Under the pieces are notes generated by a model. The model had not been told where the DNA came from and searched no databases. It saw only the letters and a program-made list of their open reading frames with translations. The translations under genes and the position numbers were made by a program. A stretch of 64,000 nt of DNA from Octopus bimaculoides (taxonomy: Eukaryota), in contig NC_068981.1 in the NCBI RefSeq assembly GCF_001194135.2, positions 154,454,507-154,518,506 on the forward strand, given 5' to 3'. Numbering within the stretch: the first letter of the stretch is position 1; the number at the start of each line of letters is the position of its first letter. Shown here piece by piece: positions 53,445 through 64,000 of this stretch.

Positions 53445-54200
53445 ATATCATCATCATCATCAGATTTTAATGTCCATTTTCCATGCTGGCATGGGTTGGA
53501 TGGTATGACCAGAGCTGGAAAGCTGGAGAGCTGCACCAGTCTAGATCTAGTCTGATTTCGCTTGGTTTTTAAGGCTGGATGCCCTTCCTAATGCCAACCA
53601 CTTTACAGTGTGTACTGGGTGCTTTTAACATGCTTTTACGTAACATTGGCACGAGTGTTTTTATGTGGCACTGGCACAGGACCCCAGTCTCTTTACCAGG
53701 GGGAGCAACTTTAACACTTCTGCCTTGGGGGACAGGTCTTCCTCAGTACAGCAAGATTCCAGGTATCTCACCCTTTGTCATCTTGTTTGAAAGGTTCAGT
53801 ATCCTGAGATCATCCTTCAGTACTTTGTTCCATGTCTTCCTGGGTCTCCCTCTTCCATGAGTTCCATTCACTTTGAGAGATTGGCACTTCTTTATGGACT
53901 GTCAGCATCCATCTGCATCACATGACCAAACCAGCCTAACTTCTCTCAATACACTAGTACTCTGTTGCACATGTATGCTTACACTACACATGCAGCAGAG
54001 TATATTAGTCTCATTCCTCTCAAGCCTTTGCATGTCCTCTGCATGCAGGGCCCATGTCTCACTACCATGTAGAATTGATGTCCATATACATGCAATCATA
54101 CAGTCTTCCTTTCACTCAGAGAGAGAAACCTTTCGTAATCAACAAAGGTAACAGTTCTCTGAATTTCCTCCATCCTGTTCTTATTCTGGCTAATACACTC
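53445..54200 (-). mobile_element. RTE LINE 3' portion with family E tail
   Basis: MIACIWTSILHGSETWALHAEDMQRLERNETNILCCMCSV, then the 3'UTR and (ATG)n tail. Confidence 0.85.
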
Positions 54201-54414
54201 TCAGTACATTGACTAAGATGCAGTGAAATCAAATCAATGACCGGGTTGCAATTCATGGTATGAAAATTTTGACACCTAACAATAAATGTTCAAATGAACT
54301 TAACAGTCTTTAAGTGTTTTTGAACAGCTAGAATGCATCTTCCACACAGCAATCATTTTAGTTTCAACACACGGTCACAGATCAAGTAACTTGCCAGGCA
54401 AGTACAACTTCAAT

Positions 54415-55490
54415 ATATCATCATCATCCTCATTTAATATCCGTTTTCCATGCTGGCATGGGTTGGACGGTTTGACTGAGGTCTGGAAAGCCAGAGGCTA
54501 CACCAGACTCCAATCTGATTGGGCAATGTTTCTACAGCTGGATGCCCTTCCTAACGCCAACTACTCTGAGAGTGTAGTAGGTGCTTTTTATGTGTCACTG
54601 GCATAGGAGCCAGTCAAGCGGCCCTGGCACCCATCATGTTTGGATAGTGCCTTTTATGTGCCACTGGCATGAGAGCCAGTCAGGCGAACCTGGCATCGAC
54701 AACGTTTGGATGGTGCTTTTTATGTGCCACCGGCAAGGGAGCCAGTCAGTGGGCACTGGCATCAACCATGTTTGGATGGTGTATTTTATGTTCTACCTGC
54801 ACAGGAACCCATCAGGGAGCACTCGCCACAGCTACGATTTTGGTTTTACTTGACTCAACAGGTCTTCTCAAGCATATCATATCGCCTGACACTTCAAGAG
54901 TACTTTTAAATGGGCTGGACATGCAAGACTGGCATCAGCCATGGCTATGATCTCACTTTAGTTGCTGGGTGTTCTCAATCACAGGATATCTCCAAAGGTC
55001 TCAGTCTCCTGTCATTGCCTCTGTGAGGCCCAATGTTTGAAGGTCATGCTTCACTACTTCATCCCATGTCTTCCTGGGTCCACCTCTTCCACAGGTTCCT
55101 TCCACAGTTAGGGTGTGGCATTTACTCACACAGCTGTCTTCATCCATATGTAACACATGACTATAGCAACAAAGTTGTCTCTTTTGCACACCACATTTGA
55201 TATTTCTTATATCCAACTTTTCTCTCAGGGTGCTCACACTCTGTCATGATCCAGCGGATCATACTAGTTTCATTTCTTTCAAGTCTATGCATGTAGCATG
55301 GCAGTTCGCATGAATGCATCATACAGTCTACCTTTCATCCTGTGCGAGAGGCCCTTAGTTGCCAGCAGAGGTAGGAGCTTCCTGCACTTTGCTCAGGCTA
55401 TTCGTATTCTAGCCAATACACTTTCAAAGTATCCACCCCAAAAACAGACTTGGTCGCTTAGGTAGTAGAAACTATCAACTACTTCTAGTT
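54415..55490 (-). mobile_element. RTE LINE 3' portion with family E tail and internal 66-bp VNTR
   Basis: LREKLDIRNIKCGVQKRQLCCYSHVLHMDEDSCV...GRGGPRKTWDEVVKHDLQTLGLTEAMT; tail near-identical in layout to 4954. Confidence 0.9.
54581..54830. repeat. ~66-bp tandem repeat (about 3.5-4 units) in the RTE 3'UTR
   Basis: Units start at ~54581, 54647, 54713 and 54779 (gtgcttttatgtgccactggca...agccagtca...tttggatg). Confidence 0.85.
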
Positions 55491-55872
55491 TTTCATATAT
55501 ATATATAATTAATAGTAATAGAAACAGTATTAATACCAAAAGGCAAACTTTGTCTCCAACTTAATGCAGAAGTTGTGTGAAAACAAGATACTGCATTATT
55601 TACCTTGACAGGACCTCACATATGGACTCATGGTGCATAAAATGTGTGTATGTGTGTGTGTGTGTGTGTATATATATACACACACATACATACCTATATA
55701 TATATACACACACATGCACATATATATACATATATATATACATACATGTAGGAAGGGCATCCATCCTTAGAAACCATGCCAAAATAGACATAGAACCAGA
55801 ATAGCTCCCATCAAACTATCAAACCCATGCCAGCATGGAAATGAATGTTAAACAATGATGATGATGATGATG

Positions 55873-55927
<55 letters not shown>

Positions 55928-55959
55928 CACATACATATATGCACATATATAATTTGCAC

Positions 55960-56280
55960 TCCATCAGTTATGATGACAAGGGTTCCACTAGATCTGATCA
56001 ACAAAACAGCCTGCTTGTGAAATTAATGTGCAAGTAGTTGAGCACTTTATAGACACACATATCCTAAATGTAATTCTCAGGAAAATTCAGTGTGATACAG
56101 AATGTGACAAGGCTGGTCCTTTGAAATACAGGTAATACTCATTTTTGTCAGCTGAGTAGACTGGAGCAATGTGAAATAAAGTGCCTTGCTCAAGGACACA
56201 TCACGACACCAGGAATTGAACTCCTGACCTTATGATCATGAGCCAAACACCCTGATCACTAAGCCATGCACCTTCACAAT
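55960..56280 (-). mobile_element. SINE family C
   Basis: cagctgagtagactggagcaatgtgaaataaagtgccttgctcaagga...ttgaactc...cactaagccatgcacc; parallels 19960-20163. Confidence 0.75.
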
Positions 56281-56295
56281 ATACATACATATATA

Positions 56296-56432
56296 CACAT
56301 ACATAATATATACATGGTTCTGGGTTCAGTCCCACTGCGTGGCACCTTGGGCAAGTGTCTTCTACTATAGGCTTGGGCTGACCAAAGCCTTGTGAGTGGA
56401 CTCGGTAAATGGAAACTAAAAGAAGCCCATCG

Positions 56433-56465
<33 letters not shown>

Positions 56466-56662
56466 TTGACCCCCAAACAATCGCTTGACAACCAATGCTG
56501 GTGTGTTTACATCCCTGTAAATTAGCAGTTCGGCAAAAAAACCCAAAAAAACGATAGAATAAGTACTAGGCTTACAAAGAATGAGTCCTGGGGTCGATTT
56601 GTTTGACTAAAGGCGGTGCTCCAGCATGGCCACAGTCAAATGACTGAAACAAGTAAAAGAAT
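56296..56662 (+). mobile_element. SINE family D, + orientation
   Basis: catggttctgggttcagtcccactgcgtggcaccttgggcaagtg...gactgaaacaagtaaaaga. Confidence 0.9.
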
Positions 56663-57461
56663 NNNNNNNNNNNNNNNNNNNNNNNNNNNNNNNNNNNNNN
56701 NNNNNNNNNNNNNNNNNNNNNNNNNNNNNNNNNNNNNNNNNNNNNNNNNNNNNNNNNNNNNNNNNNNNNNNNNNNNNNNNNNNNNNNNNNNNNNNNNNNN
56801 NNNNNNNNNNNNNNNNNNNNNNNNNNNNNNNNNNNNNNNNNNNNNNNNNNNNNNNNNNNNNNNNNNNNNNNNNNNNNNNNNNNNNNNNNNNNNNNNNNNN
56901 NNNNNNNNNNNNNNNNNNNNNNNNNNNNNNNNNNNNNNNNNNNNNNNNNNNNNNNNNNNNNNNNNNNNNNNNNNNNNNNNNNNNNNNNNNNNNNNNNNNN
57001 NNNNNNNNNNNNNNNNNNNNNNNNNNNNNNNNNNNNNNNNNNNNNNNNNNNNNNNNNNNNNNNNNNNNNNNNNNNNNNNNNNNNNNNNNNNNNNNNNNNN
57101 NNNNNNNNNNNNNNNNNNNNNNNNNNNNNNNNNNNNNNNNNNNNNNNNNNNNNNNNNNNNNNNNNNNNNNNNNNNNNNNNNNNNNNNNNNNNNNNNNNNN
57201 NNNNNNNNNNNNNNNNNNNNNNNNNNNNNNNNNNNNNNNNNNNNNNNNNNNNNNNNNNNNNNNNNNNNNNNNNNNNNNNNNNNNNNNNNNNNNNNNNNNN
57301 NNNNNNNNNNNNNNNNNNNNNNNNNNNNNNNNNNNNNNNNNNNNNNNNNNNNNNNNNNNNNNNNNNNNNNNNNNNNNATATATATATATATATATATAGT
57401 GTGCATGTGTGTGTGTCAGTGGGTTATGTAGATACATATATATATATATATTTTTTTTTAC

Positions 57462-57558
57462 CTCGAAGTCTTGTACGTTAGGGTCAGCCATATGTTCCAT
57501 CAACATGGACATGCAATTTACAAAACCACCATATGCAGCACATTGTAATGCGGTTCTC
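57462..57558 (-). CDS. INVS: Inversin exon (ankyrin repeat)
   Basis: ctctttgtcAG|G AGA ACC ... TTC GAG|GTaaaa; encodes RTALQCAAYGGFVNCMSMLMEHMADPNVQDFE versus human RTPLQCAAYGGYINCMAVLMENNADPNIQDKE. Confidence 0.96.
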
Positions 57559-58131
57559 CTGACAAAGAGCAAAAATAATAACATTCATACATATTGAATC
57601 AAGCAATGTTGAATGTAAACAGCAGAAATAAAATTCTAAGAAATTTACTGAAGTATTTTTTTTTCTTTGCTATAGTATGAAAAACTTGACAATGGTTAGC
57701 AAAATGCATTGAACTTACCACAGATTATAACATTTTTATTGTTTGTTGAACATTTTCTTATACAATCAAGGGTTATTAGCACTAACACCCACAGAACTTG
57801 TAAAGTAATTCTTTGAACAAGTGTAAAAGCATATAAATGCATGCACAGATACTTATGAATATACATATCTATGTGTAAATATGTTTATATATACACACAA
57901 TATATATATACATGCACCATCATTACCATTTAACATCTGTTTTTCATAGGTTGAATAGTGAACAATGAGCCAGAGAATTGCGTTGTGCTCCATTGCATAT
58001 ATATATATTAATATATATGTGCATATATATAAGCTAATTTGTATATATATATATACGCACACATACATTTACATACAAATGTATATCAATAAAAGATACA
58101 CATAAATACATATGCATGCATACATGTGTGA

Positions 58132-58177
<46 letters not shown>

Positions 58178-58482
58178 NNNNNNNNNNNNNNNNNNNNNNN
58201 NNNNNNNNNNNNNNNNNNNNNNNNNNNNNNNNNNNNNNNNNNNNNNNNNNNNNNNNNNNNNNNNNNNNNNNNNNNNNNNNNNNNNNNNNNNNNNNNNNNN
58301 NNNNNNNNNNNNNNNNNNNNNNNNNNNNNNNNNNNNNNNNNNNNNNNNNNNNNNNNNNNNNNNNNNNNNNNNNNNNNNNNNNNNNNNNNNNNNNNNNNNN
58401 TAGATATACATTTTCCTACATATGCACACACATCAATAAATAATTAAACATTTACAAATACATATGTATGTGTGTGTATGTG

Positions 58483-58530
<48 letters not shown>

Positions 58531-58885
58531 TATATATATGCATATATATTTATATGAATAAAAATATATACAAATATACATATGTTTGTGTGTGCATGTG
58601 TGTGATATATATATCAGAATAATCATCATCTATCATTATCATTTTAATATCTAGTTTCCTTGGCTTGCATGGGTCAGATGGAATTTGTTATGGCAGATTT
58701 TTTTGTGGCCAGATCCCCTTCCTGTGTCCTACTCTCACCTATCACCAAGCAAGGTAATATCTCTTCATGACCAGACATGTTCTGGGAGTACTGGGAATGA
58801 ATGATGCTGCTTGTATGACAGTGATACTCATTTACAATTATCACATGATGTCAAAACCAGGAAACACAAACACACATACACATAT

Positions 58886-59235
58886 ATGATGGGCTTCTTT
58901 CAGTTTCTATCTACCAAATCCACTCAGAAAACATTGGTAAACCTGGGGGTATGTTAGAAAATACTTACCCAAAGTGCTTTACAGAGGGACTGAACCTGGA
59001 ACCTGGTTTCAAAACAAATTTCCTACCATATAGCCTATGCCACACACCTACAAACTTATATATATATATATATGACGGGCTTCTTTCAGTTTCCGTCTAC
59101 CAAATCCACTCACAAGCTCTGGTTGGCCTGAAGCTATAGTAGAAGATACTTGCCCATGGTACCATGCAGTGGCACTGAACCCAGAACCATGTGGTTGGTA
59201 AGCAAGCTACTTACCACACAGCCACTCCTGCGCTT
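58886..59235 (-). mobile_element. Two tandem 5' halves of SINE family D
   Basis: atatgatgggcttctttcagtttc... begins at ~58884 and again at ~59071. Confidence 0.85.
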
Positions 59236-60433
59236 ACACACACACACACACACACATATATGTATGTGTGTGTGTGCGTGTGTATAGCTAGATAGATAGA
59301 CAGATATAAATTAATCAAAGGACATACTAAGTATTTCTACCTGTTGGAAATAACAGTCAAAACTCTTATTTAAATCACGAATTATTTGCTCCGTATTATA
59401 TATATATATATATTGATAGAAAAGGTAAGGCAACAAAATAAAGAAAGAGACCTCGATATTATGTAAATAGAGGAATTTATCTGTAAATACCAAATAATTG
59501 TCACATATTATTTATATATATATATATATATNNNNNNNNNNNNNNNNNNNNNNNNNNNNNNNNNNNNNNNNNNNNNNNNNNNNNNNNNNNNNNNNNNNNN
59601 NNNNNNNNNNNNNNNNNNNNNNNNNNNNNNNNNNNNNNNNNNNNNNNNNNNNNNNNNNNNNNNNNNNNNNNNNNNNNNNNNNNNNNNNNNNNNNNNNNNN
59701 NNNNNNNNNNNNNNNNNNNNNNNNNNNNNNNNNNNNNNNNNNNNNNNNNNNNNNNNNNNNNNNNNNNNNNNNNNNNNNNNNNNNNNNNNNNNNNNNNNNN
59801 NNNNNNNNNNNNNNNNNNNNNNNNNNNNNNNNNNNNNNNNNNNNNNNNNNNNNNNNNNNNNNNNNNNNNNNNNNNNNNNNNNNNNNNNNNNNNNNNNNNN
59901 NNNNNNNNNNNNNNNNNNNNNNNNNNNNNNNNNNNNNNNNNNNNNNNNNNNNNNNNNNNNNNNNNNNNNNNNNNNNNNNNNNNNNNNNNNNNNNNNNNNN
60001 NNNNNNNNNNNNNNNNNNNNNNNNNNNNNNNNNNNNNNNNNNNNNNNNNNNNNNNNNNNNNNNNNNNNNNNNNNNNNNNNNNNNNNNNNNNNNNNNNNNN
60101 NNNNNNNNNNNNNNNNNNNNNNNNNNNNNNNNNNNNNNNNNNNNNNNNNNNNNNNNNNNNNNNNNNNNNNNNNNNNNNNNNNNNNNNNNNNNNNNNNNNN
60201 NNNNNNNNNNNNNNNNNNNNNNNNNNNNNNNNNNNNNNNNNNNNNNNNNNNNNNNNNNNNNNNNNNNNNNNNNNNNNNNNNNNNNNNNNNNNNNNNNNNN
60301 NNNNNNNNNNNNNNNNNNNNNNNNNNNNNNNNNNNNNNNNNNNNNNNNNNNNNNNNNNNNNNNNNNNNNNNNNNNNNNNNNNNNNNNNNNNNNNNNNNNN
60401 NNNNNNNNNNNNNNNNNNNNNNNNNNNNNNNNN

Positions 60434-60790
60434 AAGTAAGTTCTGCTCATTATGGATCCTAACATGTCTTTTAAGACCCCCATTGGATTTGCAAACCCTC
60501 TGGCACACACCACATTCAAACGTGTGCACAGACATATAATCAGAATAGCTGGATGAGGTTTGTTTTCCATGGGTTCGCAGGTGAGATTTGAGGCCAGCCA
60601 AGGACAGACATGGTCTGTCACAGACTGTGCACACAAAAAGGTCCTTGTCATTCACCTTCTCAGTCTTTACATCTTTCCTTAAATATCTCTTGAGCCCTGC
60701 TTGCATCATCCTGGCCTCTTCAAATGCTTTCACTCCACTCCACACCCTTGTTCGCCATCCAACTCGATCTGAAGCGAGGGCTTCTATATC
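60434..60790 (-). mobile_element. 5'-truncated RTE-type LINE ORF C-terminus with two C2H2 zinc fingers; 3' end in a gap
   Basis: Open frame EALASDRVGWRTRVWSGVKAFEEAR...FVCTVCDRPCLSLAGLKSHLRTH (60569-60637)...FECGVCQRVCKSNGGLKRHVRIH (60452-60520). The WE.LA.DR..WR..V..G...FE..R motif is typical of RTE ORF ends. Confidence 0.8.
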
Positions 60791-61499
60791 TATGATATAC
60801 ATAATATACATAATATACATAGATATATATATACCTATATATCATGGTCTCTCCTGTCATTAGATGACATATGAGAGTTTGGCAATTTCTTGTCAAACAA
60901 CCACACAGATGATTTGTTTATAGTGATATCATTTAAACCAAATTATAGTTCAGTAAAATATAGGAAAAACGTTGACTTAACCACAAAACCTACATCAGAC
61001 CCCTTCCTCTGATTATCATCTCTTCCATCTCAAAAAGGAAAAACAGCATAGCCACCATTTATTTTAGTAGATTGACCTTCAGCAAAATGGGTCTCAGATA
61101 AAGCAACAATACCCATTCTATACTTAAGTTCTATAGAAACAAAACAGTTTTTCATTTAGTAGATAGCGCAATATTAATAAGTGTTAGCATTCCAATAGCC
61201 AATCAGAAAACCTGATTCACACCTTTTGGTAGTCACTTGATAACAACCTGGGCCCAGTTGCCTTTCCTTGGAACCTCTGCTGTGCCAAACCCACAAGCTC
61301 AACTCCCACAAGTACTGTTTGCTATTTAAATTATTTTGAATTATACCTGTTAGAAAGATTTTCACTGAAAGAGTGTATTAATGACTACGCAATATGAGAA
61401 TACATTTTCCCAAAAGAGACCAGCAAAGTTTAAAATAGTTTAATATAATTAAGTGGATCGTCTATGTTAGCCTACATATGGATAAGATCTAACATATCT

Positions 61500-63400
61500 A
61501 TGATAAAGGAAAATATGACTTGCACAATACTGCACTGACTTGGCCATATGTAAAATCACCAAAAATAAATCAATAATAAAATCAGTGGGTATTTACAAAT
61601 GGTTGCAGAGCAAATATTAATTTGGCTTGACCCATCATTCAGTGAATTTACTGTGCATTCGTTAACAATCAAAAGTAATTCTAAGTCCCTGAATACTATT
61701 GCTTGATAGTTATTGAGATATTGAGTTTATACATCCACTGACAAGTTTAGCTGGATTTCTAGCAACCCAGCTCATCAGGCTAACCTGATGTGGTACCAGT
61801 TTAAATGCTGATAACATGATCATTCAACAGGCTTGCACTGAATTAACAGTATTATATAAGTAGCATTCAGGTATGGCCTGACATTGATCATAATTTTGTA
61901 CAAACGAAACTGAAGTTCAAAATTAGAAAGTAAAATTTTTAATGCTTAAAAAGGCTTGATGCTGCAGAGCTAAAGAAAAAAAATTGTCAGGCAAGTTTGT
62001 AATTCATTGAATGATGTTATGAGATGGGAGGAAATAAAAAAGAAAGTATATCAAATTACAAAGGCAGTATTGGTAGTGGTGATGATGAGGGTTACAAAAT
62101 TGAAAAGCAAAGACTGGTTTGATGATAATAATCAGCATATAAAAAATTTATCCAAGCAAAGGGACCTACATAAATAACTCTGTTGAAATGAACATTTATT
62201 GACTTGATATAAAATTGTTATGCTAAAGAATCAGAAGGAAATCAGAAGCATGAAAAATAAGTGATGGATTGAACACAGCTGTGATCTTCAGAAAGCACAC
62301 CACAAAGAGGATATTAAGGAACTTTACTCCGTTACAAATTAAGTTTATGGTCGTTGCTCAATTTCCTGTGCATCCAAAGATTCAAACAAGATCCTCTAAC
62401 AGTGACAAGAATATTTTAGTGATCTGCTAAATTACGCATCAATATCTTTTTCCAAAACACATTTAGCAAATCTCAGTAAAGCATTATGTTGACAATCTCC
62501 TGCTTTTAGTGAAATAAGAGAGGCTGTGCACAAACTAAAAAAATAGAAAAACTCATGGCATTGATGGTATTGTGACAGAAATGCTCAAATTAAAGGAACA
62601 TAGGATGCTGGATCTTCTTCCCAATCTAATATATAATCAGTAGAAAAATGATACATGGTTGGAGAGATGCACTATTGAAGGTATTGTACAGAGGAAAAAG
62701 CATCAAAAACATATGGAATAATTTTTGAAAGTTTGACACAAGGCCAGCAATTTCAGCGGAGTGGGTAGTTGATTACATCAACTCCAGTGTTCAATTGGTT
62801 CTTATTTTATGAACCCCAAAAGGACAAAAGGTAAAGTCAACCTTGGCAGAATTTGAACTCAGAACATGAAGATGGACAAAATGACACAAAGCATTTTGCC
62901 TGACATGCTAACGGTTCTACCAGTTCACTGCTTATGCGTACACATAATATTGAGCAGAATTATTGTTGATAGGATTACTCAATACATTGAAACATTTCTT
63001 CTTTTTGAGTCTTAATCAGGTTTTGCATTAAACAAGGAACCGATGACATAATATTTTCCACTTGTCCACTGCAAGTGAAATGCATTGAACAGACTTGACC
63101 TTCACCATTGCATTACTCACTTCATGAAGGTCTTTGATCCAGTGACTTGTGATATGTTATTGCCAATTCTGAGAAAGTTGATTGTGATAAATTTACAAAT
63201 ATTATCACATCTTTATGATAATATGAGAACATATGTTGTAGAATAGTCCATATACTGATAGATTTCAAAGAAAAGGAAACTCTTACTAGATTATACCAAG
63301 AATTAGATATAGTCTATATTTTTAAACGTTGCCTTAAACATAGGTGTAGTAATTATCATCCTTATGAAAAGTCAAATGTAAAGACAACAATGCATATGCC
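61500..63400 (+). mobile_element. Degraded RTE/BovB-like LINE (endonuclease end to RT), with a family A SINE inserted at ~62715-62932
   Basis: Fragments DH.FVQTKLKFKIR, DWFDDNNQHIKNL, FSEIREAVHKLKNRKTHGIDGIVTEMLK, F.KVFDPV. Confidence 0.7.
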
Positions 63401-63649
63401 TATATATATATATCCCTTGTCAGTCATTAAGAAAGTGCTTTCTGTGGCTATTGAGTTGATTTGATTCTTATTTCTAGCAATACTGGTGCTGATTAGTGCC
63501 CTTTGTCACTTTAGTGATGTCTATATACATGTCATATTAAACAATCTTATTGGGAGTTCAAGCTTAGCTATGTGGCTACATAATGTTTAACGTAAAACTA
63601 TTAGTGTACAAACTTGCAACCACAGGCATAATCTTGTCCACTTGCCCTT

Positions 63650-63855
63650 TAAAGGTGGTGAGCTGGCAGAATTGTTAGCTCACCAGGCAAAATGCTTAGT
63701 GGCATTTATGCTTTGAGTTCAAATTCCACCAAGACCTATTTCGCATTTCATCCTTTCGGGGTTAATAAAATAAATACCAGTTGAACAATGGGTTGATGTA
63801 ATCAACTAGTACCCTCCCCATAAATTTCAAGCCTTGAGCCTATTGTAGAAAGAAA
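63650..63855 (+). mobile_element. SINE family A
   Basis: ggtggtgagctggcagaattgttag...ttgagttcaaattcc...tttcatcctttcggggttaataaaataaataccag. Confidence 0.85.
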
Positions 63856-63958
63856 CGTTAAACAAAGTTGTAAGGTGTATTAGTATTCATTTCTTCACCA
63901 TCTTATAAGATGAACATCCTTTCATTAATGATGCAAATTATATATATCCTGGCATACT

Positions 63959-64000
<42 letters not shown>

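Noticed and set aside
54581-54830. CRISPR-like array
   Set aside because: Eukaryotic context, whole units are degenerate copies with no unique spacers, there are no cas genes, and it lies inside a LINE 3'UTR.
59501-60820. 439-aa host zinc-finger gene
   Set aside because: Mostly N. The real part begins with an RTE ORF-terminal motif, and the Met comes from TA-rich flank, so it is treated as a LINE fragment.
57559-64000. Next upstream INVS exon (HWAALGG-type ankyrin repeat)
   Set aside because: Not found by eye on the - strand; it probably lies beyond the window or in a gap.

Overview
AT-rich, microsatellite- and SINE-dense eukaryotic DNA from a gapped short-read assembly (8 N-runs). The repeat landscape suggests an octopus/cephalopod genome (inference). 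Two host genes face each other. On the + strand is the last coding exon of a villin-headpiece protein (supervillin/villin type, 1064-1150). On the - strand is the 3' part of an inversin (INVS) orthologue: five exons at 57462-57558, 44966-45072, 18712-18829, 15365-15456 and 12557-12623. These splice in frame with GT-AG boundaries and encode the last ankyrin repeats plus IQ motif 1. This inversin appears to stop shortly after IQ1, lacking the ~450-aa vertebrate C-terminus, and its D-box 1 is degenerate. The rest is intron and intergenic DNA filled with RTE LINE relics, a CR1-like relic, several tRNA-type SINE families, a mariner, a hAT-type MITE, an internally deleted Helitron and tandem repeats. 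Two RTE relics stand out: one has a 5' inversion and one has two C2H2 fingers. Family assignments come from motif recognition by eye, not database searches, and TE boundaries are approximate. No prokaryote-style system or CRISPR array is present.
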